From Marsupella aquatica (lineage: Eukaryota; Plantae; Marchantiophyta), in NCBI GenBank assembly GCA_973895155.1, contig OZ316896.1, forward strand, positions 9,683,525 through 9,747,524: a stretch of 64,000 nucleotides of DNA. Direction: 5' to 3'. Below, piece by piece: positions 50,961 to 63,199 of this stretch (the first letter of the stretch is position 1; every line of letters starts with the position of its first letter). Below the pieces are notes generated by a model. It had not been told where the DNA came from. It ran no database searches and worked only from the letters and a program-made list of their open reading frames with translations. The translations under genes were made by a program, and so were the position numbers.

Positions 50961-53900
50961 TTATAACTTAAGGGAGGCGAGAGAAATATCACCTCCCGCA
51001 CCCACGCCCAGCATGGGGGAAACCGAACGACCCTTTCCAAAAACAAATTGACTGTTCGGGCTAAATGCCCCAGTCGTCGAGAATCTCGTATCCGCTTGGT
51101 TTTGACTCCCGGGCATAGATTGATACCCACCAGAGACCCCTCGACTGTGGTCAACCTGAGACAAGTTTCCATCAGGTATTCCCCGCAACATTTGCATCTG
51201 CAGATGTGTCCATGAAAAACAAAAAACTAATTAGGACTCCCCATTGAGCGTTTTAAGCACAGTAGTTTCAATGGCCGGAGTTCAACCACAGCTGGACCAA
51301 GACAGGATGAAAATCAGTCGCTCATTTGATTGAACTAAACAGTATTTCGACAAGACAAATTTCAAAAGATCCATGAGCAAGCCCTTCAGCTGTTCGCACA
51401 ACAAATGAACGATAAGATTAAACTTTGTGAGAGGAATAGGATCCCAAGAAGAGAAGTTGATGAATGTCCCTTCCCTTGATGATTCGTCCAACATTACTAA
51501 GCGTACCACTTCAACATTCAGTTACGTTCTGACTTCCAGAAGACAACAGGCTGACCATTAAGAATACTGAACAAATTAACAATGGTTCAATACGCCTAGT
51601 CCAAATTCGAAACACATGACTCTGCAATGATCAAGGTGTATGGTGCTTGGAAGCTTTATGAACCTTGTCAGAAGCTAGAGATTGACCCCTCTGCTGTGAA
51701 GATTCCAAAACTCCATTATCCAAGGAAAGAGCAGGTAATGCCATAGCTGGTGCTCCCTGTTCAATTGATATCGAATTTGGGCTGGGGCTGGGGCTGCAGC
51801 TGGCGTCCCTGGTACAGGCTTCCTGAAAAAGATTTCCAAGTACAGCTCGCATTCTGTGATGGTTACGGACGTAGTAAACCTTTGTGGTCATCGGCACAGG
51901 ATCAACTCCTGAAAATTCAAATTCATCAAAGACAGTCAGTAAATTGGCATTAACCCAAAAATCAATGCCAAGGACGGGTTTAAGCCTTAATAAGGATATA
52001 CCTTTAGTACTGGTAACTAAAACCTTGTGTATGTATTGTGGGAATGAGCAAGACAAGAACCCTTTCTTGTTATCTCTATCAGGAAGCCAGGGAACATATC
52101 CCGAAAAGGAGCAGTCCAAGAAGGGATAGACCAACTGGTTAACAACCTGAGGTGTACACAATGGAAAAGAGCAGGGGTTACTCACCAAAGGCTACCTACC
52201 CGAATCATGTACCTTGCTACTTCTTAGCCTGTTAAGGCTTGCCTTCAGCTCCTGTAGCAACACTTCATAAGGGCGCCGACGACCCGGCACTGCGCGCTTG
52301 CTTGACTCACAATGCTTGCTACCTGACCAACCAAATTGTAACTGGGCAGAGTCAAAATCAGTGACATATCTGAACGGCTCTCACTGGCTTGGCCTCCTAG
52401 TTTGATTTGTTTGTCTCCATTCAGTCATGTTCTACGTGAGAAACTTTGAAAACCCTTTGCTCCGAGTCAAAACAGCAGCGGAACGTAGGAATGGGTAAGA
52501 GAAATGTCAAAGAACAGAGATTGTTTCTTTCAAAAAATAGATCTTCATGTGCAAGAGGTCCATAACCTACATGTCAGAGAATGCCGACAAGGAGCTCCTT
52601 GTTCTGTGAGAACCCCACACATGACTTCAAGCTCTGCATGCTTTAACCTGCAGAAAAAGCTGTTACCAAACCAGTTTGGGCCTGCAACACATCTTGGAAA
52701 AAAGAACTGGCATAAAGTGAATCTAAATGATCTTCAGACAGTAACTTACGAATAAGCTTAATGCACCTCAACCAACTTGACAAAAAATATGGAACTAAAC
52801 ATTCTCCGATAGAAAATTCTATCAGAATTTGGTCACGCGTGCGTGCATAGAATACTCACGTCTTGACTCGCTTTCCTGGCAAAACAGGACCATCTGGATA
52901 CAGAGTACTAGTAGATCCAGTTCCAGCTCCAGAGCAGTCTTCAGCAGAAGTGCTTCCATCTGTAAACAGAGAATTTGGCATATGATCGAAGAATACGACT
53001 ACAAAAGATATTATTTCAGCGCCAAAATCTTCCGACGTCGGTCTGTGCAGATTTCCTTCACAATAATCTCTGAGCCCTACAGCCGTACACAGTTGACAGG
53101 ACGGGTATGTTCGAGGAGCAAGGGTCACAATGAAAGGACGGCAGTCATTCTACAAGTGCTGAGATGCTTACGAGACAACGCAGTTGTATATACAACATAA
53201 ATTTTCTTCCAGGTTACACAAGCCAGAGGATGTCAATCGTTTTCCGGATTCGAGACAATTCTGGTACCTGGACGGTGATCTGCACTGAAATAGAGTGGAG
53301 ACCTGAAACTGACGTCACATGGAAAGGTTCAAGAACATATGCTTGCCTGGACTGACAGGAAGGGGTGTCTTACGTGCTCTTCCTTTGGAGGCATTCACGA
53401 CTGTTCCTTCGCCGATATTCATGACCCCTGCATATGTCCAAGACTGAAATCATGCTCATGTTCGTGACCATCATTACTGTATTCAAGTTCCCATCTCACA
53501 TCTATGACCTTCACAGCAATATGAGATCTTTGTTGACGAAAAGTGAAAAGAGATCTTGGAATATTACTTATTATATAAAATCACCATTACTTGATATATA
53601 AAATCACCAAATGGAATCATAAAGAAACCAAAAGCATTTTGACAACCAACTTAAAGAACTACAGTAGGTGGTTCCGCTCCCAACGTCCCAACATCCTATC
53701 CCTCACACCGATACGGCAGGGTGCATGAACAACTTACTTTTCTGTCCTCTTGAATTTGTGAAACCAGTTCGGGCCGAAAGCTGATCCTGGGAATCACCTG
53801 CAGACGTTCCCACGGAATCTGGAGGCAGGGCATCATCGGCATCCAGTGACTGGAATCTTTCTCTCTCTCCAGCCATGGCTGGATCTGAGAAATTGGAGTT

Positions 53901-55593
53901 AAGGACAATATTGGGTACACAGAGCGGTAATGGATGGCAGAGAGCAGACCGCAAATAAACAATGCAAGTCCGTAATGGCCCCTCTAGGAACAAAAGATTA
54001 CTCTCAGAATGACTCAAAGATTTTTAGCGTACATGCTTTGGGGCAACTTAGCCAGCGAACTTAAGCCAGCAGTTATCAGATTGACTGCTCCTTTACCATA
54101 AACAAACTGTCTTCAATGCAATCCGCATTTTGAGAAAGGATACTGTCTTGTTGAGGTACGAGAAGCTTCTTTCTTGCTTTGCGAGGAGGCTTCTTATGAT
54201 TCGCACCTCCATCAATTTCCATTACTGTCTCGTCGGCTCCTGTTAAGGACCTGCATCGTTCTGCCTCCATGGTTTGGTTGCATTCATTCTCAGAAACCGA
54301 AAACCAATGTTTCTAAAGACGCTAGAATATCAATACTGCTCCCATGTCAATAATCGTGGACAACCTCATCATAACAGCTCGACCTACTTCTGTTCTACAG
54401 TAGAACCTTCTGCACAAGTGCAACACTTGACAAGCACTTCCAGAACAACAGAGGCACCGCACCCAATTAAGAAGTAAACAGAAGTGCCAGCCAAGTTATC
54501 AACCCAAAAGGCAACGTGCAGGACGATGTCAAACCTGCATGGGCCGAGTATTGACTGGCTTTGATTGGCTTCTTGCAGGTGTTACAGGCTACCTGCAGTT
54601 GCCGGAGGAAGGTTCAAATCAGTTTAGGGTCGTTACCTCGAAGTAAGCACTTTGTCATACGCAAGCATATAAAAGTAATTCGTCCACCATATTTATATTT
54701 CTTTTACTTAAATAAAGTCCGTTCTTCGTGAAAAATTGACGGACTATCACAAAACAAAATTCTTCAGATCCTTCTTCGCACGATTTTATTGCAGTGGGGA
54801 CAAAGCAACAGCCTAAGTAACAGAGTTCTGGATTGTAATACGTACCAGGGGCAATCGATCTGCGAGGGGTTCTCGATCAAATACATGCATGTCTGCAAGA
54901 CAGCCAACTTAACATTTACATGACCAGGGTTGGAACAAATCAAGAATGAAAAAATTGAAACCCTAGACCACTGTAAATCCTCAAGGATAAACACAACACG
55001 AACAAGTAAATCCGGAAATAGATACTAGGCAATTGTGTTTTTAAGAGAATACAGATATTATTGATCAAGGGAGTTGCCGAGTGATTGAATACCTTCCTCC
55101 TCTAGAAGATTTGCTTCATCTGCTTCACTCATTTCTCGTTGCACCATTTTAACCGCTACGCTCTCATGAGCAAGCTCCTCTGATACACAATAGAAAACCA
55201 CTTATAAGGGTCATGCCATTTCTCTAAAGGCCGAAGTCAAGTTTATGCAGACCAAAATGGGTATATGCATGCAGCAAGCAGTTGACTGTCTTTCCAATTG
55301 ATTTTCTCGTGAGGGATTCGGAAAAGCAACGACAATACTGAGAGCAAATCAATTAAGAATTCAAAAACCACTGCCCAGAGGTTTGAGTGGCTTGGGAGCC
55401 AGAAGCTAAATTGAATTCTTTGACGGGATGACCGGGCGCCAGGCACAGTACAATTTCATGCTCATGTTTCATTGACGTTTAGGTCTAGATTACAAACATG
55501 TAAACGAGAACAGAATGCGAAGGTGCGGGGCAAAGTACCTGCAGAGGGTTCTACAGGGCTTCCTGCAGCAAGAAGTCTTTCCATGGCAGCCAT
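50961..55593 (-). CDS. SGF73: Ataxin-7/Sgf73-like SAGA deubiquitination-module adaptor, ~448 aa, 12 exons
   Basis: Exons 55593-55539, 55179-55093, 54892-54846, 54592-54535, 54260-54144, 53884-53738, 53427-53374, 52959-52860, 52647-52567, 52318-52200, 51908-51664, 51197-50961 give one open frame. N-terminal ZnF EDMHVFDREPLADRLPLVACNTCKKPIKASQYSAHAERC; SCA7 finger [40 protein letters not shown] (C-x9-C-x5-C-x2-H). A 12-nt microexon near 53268-53279 and the exon-10 donor are uncertain. Confidence 0.85.
53885..54143 (-). other. U12-type (minor spliceosome) GT-AG intron
   Basis: Donor GTATCCTTT; branch point TCCTTAAC (+ strand 53898-53905) ends 13 nt before the 3' splice junction. This donor is needed to keep the reading phase. 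Confidence 0.9.
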
Positions 55594-58500
55594 GTGCCCC
55601 TTCCCGGATTTACACGCGGACGCGGGCAACCTGAGTTCACTCAGGTACCACAATCCCAACCAACCAACGAACCCAAACCCGACAACACAGACAAAACCCC
55701 AATTTTAATCAATTGCCTCGGCACGAAGACGCATATCTTTCTCTCTATGTCTCCCTGGGGACTATGGTAGCAGACTAATTCAATCGCCTTACGTCAAATA
55801 GCGTACATACTATCCATCCAGAGCTCGATGACTATGGCTGGCACGCAACGGAAGGCAAAGCACGCGCGACAGAATGAGAACTGCAATCACCGTCTCTCCT
55901 CTTGTCTCGCTCCTAATCTAAGTCCCTTGCATCCATCCAGGGTTTATAGTCTGCAGGCTATCACAGAAGCCATACATTTGTGATATATTTCTTCTGTTCC
56001 GCAGATTCGACAGGTGTTCACGGAAACCCACAAAAATTGTGTGATTCTTCTTTTGCGCGATAGCTGGGAGAGTCGATGAATAACATGGCTAACAATTCCC
56101 AAGACCCGCCGGCCGCACATCTTCTCTAGAATAGAGAGCTACTACTGAACGTCTAACAACGCAAATAAAACCTTCGATCTTAGAAATTTATGCCTGCCTG
56201 ATTCAGCTGATATAAATGGTAGCATTTAACCATGATTCATTCCGCTCTGAAACAATTTCAAATGGGGGCACGGAGGAAGACGGAAAAAGTGGGGGAGGGG
56301 AGTAAGCACCGTAGAATTAATCCAATCAGTCATCAAGCACGACCATCTCAGGAGCAGGAACGGAAGTGCAGGATTTAGTTGCAAGGGCTGTATTGGAGCT
56401 CACATGGGCAATGGACCCAGTGGGTCATCAGCTCGATAGTAAGAGATCCCCACTTCAATTTTTGACCTTGACACCTCTTTAAGACCGACCAACCAACCGA
56501 AACGCCTGGCGAAGATCAAAGTTGACCGTCTGGCTGACACTCTTCGGTGTGGGCTGTCGCCCGCCCTACACAGGCATCACCTTGAAATAAATTGATAGAC
56601 CAGACCAGATCAAAGTGAACAAAAGACCCAACACGACAAGTAACAACACCAGCAGAGAGGGGACGGGACATAATCATCCATCCATCTGTCCATCGTGATC
56701 CGATATGATGCGGCAGAAAGTAGACAGACTGAGACCAGACAGTTGAAAGCAGTTCCAACGCCCCAAATCCTTCAATTCGAGTGGTTCCACCGGTGGGTAC
56801 ATGATTAGAAAGAGTTAAACAAAAGAAGAAAAAGAAGGACATTTAAACAACAACATCACAACCAATTTTATTGTAAATAAGATCAATCGTTAGCCCACAA
56901 CAATAAACGATTGATCTCTCAGAAGGGACAAGACGAGAAATTTGGGCTCACGTGACGGACAGAGCATAGAAACGCAATCAATCAGTACAAGGGTACGGAA
57001 ACATTTTCCTGGACCCAAGCTAAGCCAAGCCAAGAAGGCAACCGTCCACTGGCGATTGGATGACATAGCAGTTAAAGCCAGAGTGGGTTCAAACGCCAAA
57101 CGATGGGAACAAACACCAAGGTTATCATCATCGTCATACATGTATCGTGAGGTGGGGAGGAATGGCATCCTTCAGCTGCTAAATGAATGAGCCAAGCAAG
57201 CGAGGGAGTGACTCACCTAGTGGCAAATCTCGAGGAGGACGAAGGAGCTCAATTCTTTGAGACTCACAGATCTGTCGAAAATATCGTAACTCTGTCTCTC
57301 TCTGTATACATACCAATAAATGATCTTCGCGATTTCCGCTCTTCCTTCCAGACGGCCAGACCAGACCATTCATTCCCTTGGCAAGATCTAAAATCTTCAG
57401 CGAAATCCAGTCACCTCATCAATCTCCAACCCGGGCCCCTCTTCGGTCCGGCATTGGACTGACTGGCTGCGGAGAGAATGGAGTCGATCAATCCACATCC
57501 CAAAGCATTGCAGTGATAGCGATGGTGGTAGCACTAGTATTACTTGTACTACAACAAGCAGAGCAATAAGAGAAAGCCCCCAGCCAAGCCCAAACTACTT
57601 TGAAAAGGGAACACCAGAGAATGGGCTTAAGATCTTGTCTCACCTTGCTTACTCACTCAGGTCAGGCTCCACTTCTACAACTTACTACCCACCCTGTCGC
57701 AGTGGTGGTGACGAAAGAGACATCTCCAGTTCCCTTCCAGGGAGGCAGCAAGCCAGAACCAATATGGGTAATCAGCGAACCTAACGCGCCTATAGACACG
57801 CCTTTCCACCCAGGACGGTATCAAAACCAGATCAGAGATCCGATCTAGCCAGGCTCACAAATCCTACGATCTTCTCTTCAACACAACCCAAATGCGAGGC
57901 AAAGAAAAGTGCAAAGCAAGGCCGCACAGACAGAGGGAGAGTGTTGAGGAAAGCCCGGCCGAAAAGAAGGGATGCAAAGCGAGCTTCAGCTTCAGCAGCA
58001 CAGCACAGCAGAGCACATCAGCACAGAAATAGGCAAAGCCGACTTGGCAAAGAGTGAGCTAAAGCAAAGCAAATCAAAGGAGAGCAAAGCAAAGGAGAGC
58101 AAAGTTGAGAGGGGGAGAGAGAGTGTTCCAGACTCCTCTCCTGTGCTCTTTGAGGAGTGGGCAAGGAAGCTACTCCACACTCTCTGTTTTTACTGACTTG
58201 TACTTTACTGTGGTGTGTGGATCCACTTGGCTTTAATACTCATTAAAAGCCACGTTCATGGATTCTATGATATGGGCGGATGCACTGTTTCCTTGGTCCT
58301 CTTTAGATCCCGTTGTGCTTTTACTTTAATTTCATTTTACTCGCCTCAATAGAGGTGAGAGGAACCAAAAAAGCTTTGCAGGAAAAAAGGTTTCCCCCTT
58401 ACTTTTCTGGTGAACTTTGCTTCCATCCCTAGTTTTTGTCCTCACTGTCACTTTCACTTATGCCCTCACTTAGGCCCAGGAATGAAGTAGCTGTCAATCA

Positions 58501-59419
58501 TGCTTTATTAGTTAGTTTTTAAAATTTGAAGGTATGGCAACATAGCCCAAGGATGAATTGGAGGAGGAATGAAGGCCAGAGGGAAGCATGCAAGGGGCAC
58601 TGGTGACAGTTGTGTAGGGTTATCCAATAAGTTGGATGTAGGATCAGAATGGACAGCATCTCTTTTTAAGATCATCCAACATATAGCACATGAGTCCACC
58701 AACACCAAGATACATGGCTCAACCTGTATGGCCTATGTCCATGGCCGCACCAAGAGCTCCATTGTGAACACAAAGAGTACATCTCACCATAGTGTCATGG
58801 TCCAAGCCCTCTATCATTCACAAAGTCTACAACTCCTAAGTGCGTCTCCATAGGATACAAAGAGCGTTATCCCTTCATGAAGAGTCTAGTTCACATAAAC
58901 TCTGATTAACTTACTCTAATTAACCTAGCCAAGGTTGAGTCAAAATCCTAACATTGCAGGGGTTATGGGGTGTACTCCTCCAGGGTGAACTTGAGGGGTT
59001 ACAATTATGGCAAGAAACCCCACTGATAGGAAGAGTCTGTTTGTATCATATTGCCTCACTGGGCCCTTACATAGTTTTTTTGTTGGATTATTTTCCTCAT
59101 ACTTTTTACATTTATTAGGGATCCAATTAGATTGTTGTGAATATAAAAAACTTGAGAACACATCACCATTTCAGGTATTTGTTGGATATTTCACATTAGG
59201 ATGGAAACTGTGCAACTTGATCTAACATTCATGTGATAATTGAAGACACTCGTACGTGGAACAAGTACGAAAGAAGGCCTTGTTTGTCTGCGAGGATGAT
59301 ACATGTTTTGATTGTTCTAGATTTTTTTTCTCAATTGACTAACTAGTCGTGCATACATAGCTATGCACAAAAATAATTATGAGATATGAGCCCAAGGCCC
59401 ATCTCTTGAAAGTAAGTTA

Positions 59420-60188
59420 TGTTAGGCATCTACTCTTGGGTCTAGAGTTGTTACATAACCATAATTAGTTTAACACAAACAACTCTGTAACAATGAATCT
59501 AAGTTTCACTCACAATCAAGCTAACTCATGTTTGTGCAAGTCGCAGAACTTGACTACCTTAACACTTAGCTCCAACGTCGCTGACTCCGACACCGAGCTC
59601 CCTTATAGTCCAAGCCCGGATAGGCCATCTGGGGAGGACTTAGCATAGGGAGACTTGTGGGCAATGAGACATGACGCTAGCGAAGGCAAAGCCCCAAGCT
59701 GGTGACATACACAAAGGACTTAGGCTAGCTGAGTGTTGGTCGGGTCAAGGGGAACGGGCCGGGCTCAAGGCCAACCGTCCAGACCCCCGGACGGACTTTA
59801 AGTTATAAGGGCTTAAGTGAGAGCTCCTCTTGGGCCCAAGGCCAATGAAATTAACACCATGGGTAACAGACGGTTGTGGACTCCAATGGACTTATTGTGT
59901 GCGTTAGAAATCTCTTAAGGAGGGCTGCTCAACTGGGTTTGGGGGTGTCGTAGGTTCTCGAGGTTTACGAATGTTATCTCATCCGCTTGCCAAATCCTAC
60001 TGAAACAACAATCAAGCCACATTCAGTCTCTCAAGGGAGCTTGCATTGGGAAAGAAAGACCAAGTAGGCGTGGAGGTTGAACTACAAGGGCATTTGGCCC
60101 CTAGACCATTAGTGGGGCAAGAACTAGAAGTTGATTACTAGAGTCAGGATCATTCTTGTCCCAACATGTAAAGACAAACTTTGTAACA
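59420..60188 (-). mobile_element. Solo LTR, 769 bp
   Basis: Ends TGTTA...TAACA; identical 5-bp TSD AGTTA at 59415-59419 and 60189-60193. A TATA-like CTATAAGGG on the minus strand (about 59600-59608) gives a tentative orientation. Confidence 0.8.
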
Positions 60189-60741
60189 AGTTATACTATT
60201 CGGGCCATGAACATGTCCTAGGGTTAGGGCAGTCAATTAATAATGGATGAGTACAAGGGAGAACCCGGGCCGCACACAAGAAAAAAGTTATTTTGGACGA
60301 ATAGTGGATGGGTTCTGATTCCAACTTATAGCGTCAGAAAGACCTATCATTGACCTACTTACCAATGTATGTTAAATTTGAATTAGAATACTAGACTTGG
60401 GAGATCTAGATCCTAAATGATTATTTGCCAAGACACTTGGTTACATGTGCAAACAATGTGTTGGATAGCAAATGCAACTTCATATGGGAATGACCACTGG
60501 TGATGCAAAGGATTGATCACCAGGTTCAGGCACCATAGGCACATAGGTGTGGGTGTTAGGATTAGTGAAGATTAGGTGACAAGCTTCACCACTGTGCATA
60601 TACAAATAACATATCTAACCTTGATCAAGTAATTGATCAACAATTAGAATAACTATGCTTACATATTAATTTTAGACCCAAGAATAAATGTCTAACAATA
60701 GGGGGAGCCTATGCTTTTGATACTTATATGGCTCTTGTATT

Positions 60742-60930
60742 TTCCCATGGAAGTGGTCTTGCCTCTATAGGGGTGAACTATGTATCTGGTATGTCAAGTA
60801 CTTACTCTTGGATGTTTTCACAAGTGCATGTTGTCTATGATTGAGCGGTCTATTTCACAAGTGTATGTTGTCTATGATTGAGCGGTCTATTTCTCAACAT
60901 TCCCATGGAAGTGGTCTTGCCTCTATAAGG
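60742..60930. repeat. Nested direct repeats
   Basis: ttcccatggaagtggtcttgcctctata x2 flanking ttcacaagtg.atgttgtctatgattgagcggtctattt x2. Confidence 0.85.
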
Positions 60931-61068
60931 GTGTTTAATACAAATCTAGTGTGTTGTGTCTACTCGTAACATAATTTTTTATGCAAATGAACTTAGTTAT
61001 TACAAATCTTTTGCAATCCCTTGTACCAGGTATTTCTATTTGAATACCTCAATCTTATTTACATACTA

Positions 61069-61186
61069 GAGCATCTATCTAGACTGGCATACCATTTGAC
61101 ATTGACATGAAATCAAGATTAGTTCCCAACATGATTTCATGTCAATGGCAAATGGCACACTAGTGTGCCATTCAACAGATATACTC
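61069..61186. mobile_element. Tourist-like fold-back mini-MITE, 118 bp
   Basis: TSD CTA on both sides (61066-61068 and 61187-61189). Imperfect TIR GAGCATCT / AGATATACTC. Inner inverted repeat 61092-61115 / 61132-61155 matches at 23 of 24 positions. Confidence 0.7.
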
Positions 61187-61616
61187 CTATGGCTAGCATA
61201 TCTCCACTTAACATCTACATATGCTCCAAGGTTCCGAACGGGCATAACATTTCAGAATTCAGTCTAACTACATTAAACCAAATCATGACCATTGGGCTAT
61301 CTGACTAGAAGTAATATTCAAAATTTCCAACGTGAGCTTGTTGGTTGGGTGCAGAGAAACTCGTTTCGCTTGGGATCATGATGGGCTGTTGAAAGTTGGA
61401 TTGAGGAGTCGTAACCAAGTACACCACAAATCAGTCAGCGGGTGTACGTAGAAGAGAGCACATTAGGGAGCCCACATACAGTTCAATCCTGCCTACAGGC
61501 GAAGGCTCTGTCACGACAACCGACTCCACAGTAACTGATAAATGCAAGCTAAATCCCTCTAGTGGAGAATTGCTAGTAAGCAGTAGCAACTTATGACGAT
61601 TTAGAAGACAATAATA

Positions 61617-62999
61617 TCACTTTTGCACGTCTGCCTGCAAATCCCCATTTCCCTTACTAGACTTCTCATAGCTAGGAAATGGATCAGCTCGTACTTCTAG
61701 GCTAAATGTCCCGTCCGCTGGATTCTGTACAGGAATGGCAATTTCGGTGTGGGCCAGCATGTCATAGACTGAAGCGATCTTGCGCTTCCAGAACAACGCG
61801 ATCTCGTTTTCTAGCTTACGGTCAGGAATGTTAAGTAGGTACTCGTCTAGGCCACCTGCCTTGTCAATGGACCGCAGGGCATGGGTGGTGAGATTTATAC
61901 GTATGTAGTGATCTAACGCCAAACTGAATATGCGCTTACACTGAACATTCGGTTTCCACGTCCTGCGCGACCTGCACAACAAACCATAGAACTCGGAGTT
62001 AGACTAAGACAAACTCATACGTGAAACACCGTAATGCATTCTGCTGTTCGTAAAGCCACAACTGATACGTACGGTGAGAGAATAAAGGGCTATCCTCGAA
62101 AGTTTCAGAAGATTGCCGTCCTCTGATTCAGCACCGCACACAAAACTAGAACTCTGAATCGAAAGCTCTCACTGCGAGGCACAAACTACAATACTGTACC
62201 CAACATTGTTTTCACTAATATCCCAGTAGACAGGTCAACACCAGATCAGGAAGGGAAACGGCATTGGTTTAAAACTGGTCGCTCTTACGACGCTCTTTCT
62301 TTATGCTCCTGCCGACACCCATGCTGCTAGAGTGGGCAGCATGGTAACGCCTCTTGGCAGAAGCAATGCAAGTAAAAAATACGACGTGATATAAAAGAAA
62401 CCAATGACGAGACTTGGAGTTTCTTACATCCACAAGCAAGACAACCACTTCAACAGACAGGTAACTCTGGATCGTAATTACCATGTCTTCTCCAAAAGTC
62501 AAAACAAAGAAGCGCATTGAAGGCACAACTCCGTGCCATGAAGAAATCTTTCCATTTCGCATCCGCGTATAAGCACATTACATTGCGTTAGCAGTAAGGC
62601 GCCTTCTAAAAGGATGCAGGACACAGCCAAGGCTGACAACATTCACCGGGTTCCCAAGACGAAACGGTAAGCTCACGTAGAGCTCGGATTACTTCAGGCA
62701 GGAATCATCCCGAAATCTGGGCAGACGGACAGAAGACCCTAGTATGCTGAGCGCAACAAACGACCAGCATTTCAAGATGACAGACTCTATCCTCACACAC
62801 AGCTCGGATCAGTTCAAACAGCACAGAATCCAGGAGGCGAGAGAGAGGTGAACGAGGCAACCTAACAAACCATAAAGAGTCGAAATGAAGGTCTCACTCA
62901 CTTGTTGCCACCGTCTTCGCTGACCTTGTTGCCGAACTGGATATGGCGACCAGCGTACAAGCCCCGCTTGGCTCGGTTCATCACCACCTTCGCGGCCAT
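61617..62999 (-). CDS. MRPL28: Mitochondrial ribosomal protein bL28m (yeast MrpL24-like), 150 aa, 2 exons
   Basis: Exons 62999-62902 and 61971-61617 (phase 2): MAAKVVMNRAKRGLYAGRHIQFGNKVSEDGGNK/SRRTWKPNVQCKRIFS...TTHALRSIDKAGGLDEYLL. An in-frame TAG lies immediately before the ATG. Confidence 0.95.
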
Positions 63000-63083
63000 C
63001 TATGCCAATTCTCTCGCTCGAGCTCTGCTTTCTACTACATTTCACTCTGCCGCCCTCCTCCGCTCCCGCCTTGCCTTCCCCCT

Positions 63084-63092
63084 AAACCCTAA
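63084..63092 (+). promoter_or_regulatory. Telo-box upstream of the bL28m start codon
   Basis: AAACCCTAA 85 nt upstream of the ATG; typical of plant ribosomal-protein genes. Confidence 0.55.
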
Positions 63093-63199
63093 TCGATGTC
63101 CAGAACAGGCGATGAGAACTGAGGCGGGCTAAAAGGGGTTATGCTGAAGATGGAACGCGGGAGCGGCGCAACACTGAGGGCGGGCGGGCAGTGTGGTGT

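Noticed and set aside
57170-57255. Resemblance to the 3' arm of a MIR319/159 precursor (TAAATGAATGA ... GGACGAAGGAGCTC)
   Set aside because: The mature-like sequence needs two deletions, there is no complementary 5' arm, and the segment spans a likely leader exon-intron junction of the Sgf73-like gene on the other strand.
59600-59645. Twister-ribozyme-like GTCCAAGCCCGGATA in the solo LTR
   Set aside because: It lacks the upstream CCGG pairing partner and the P1/P2 helices.
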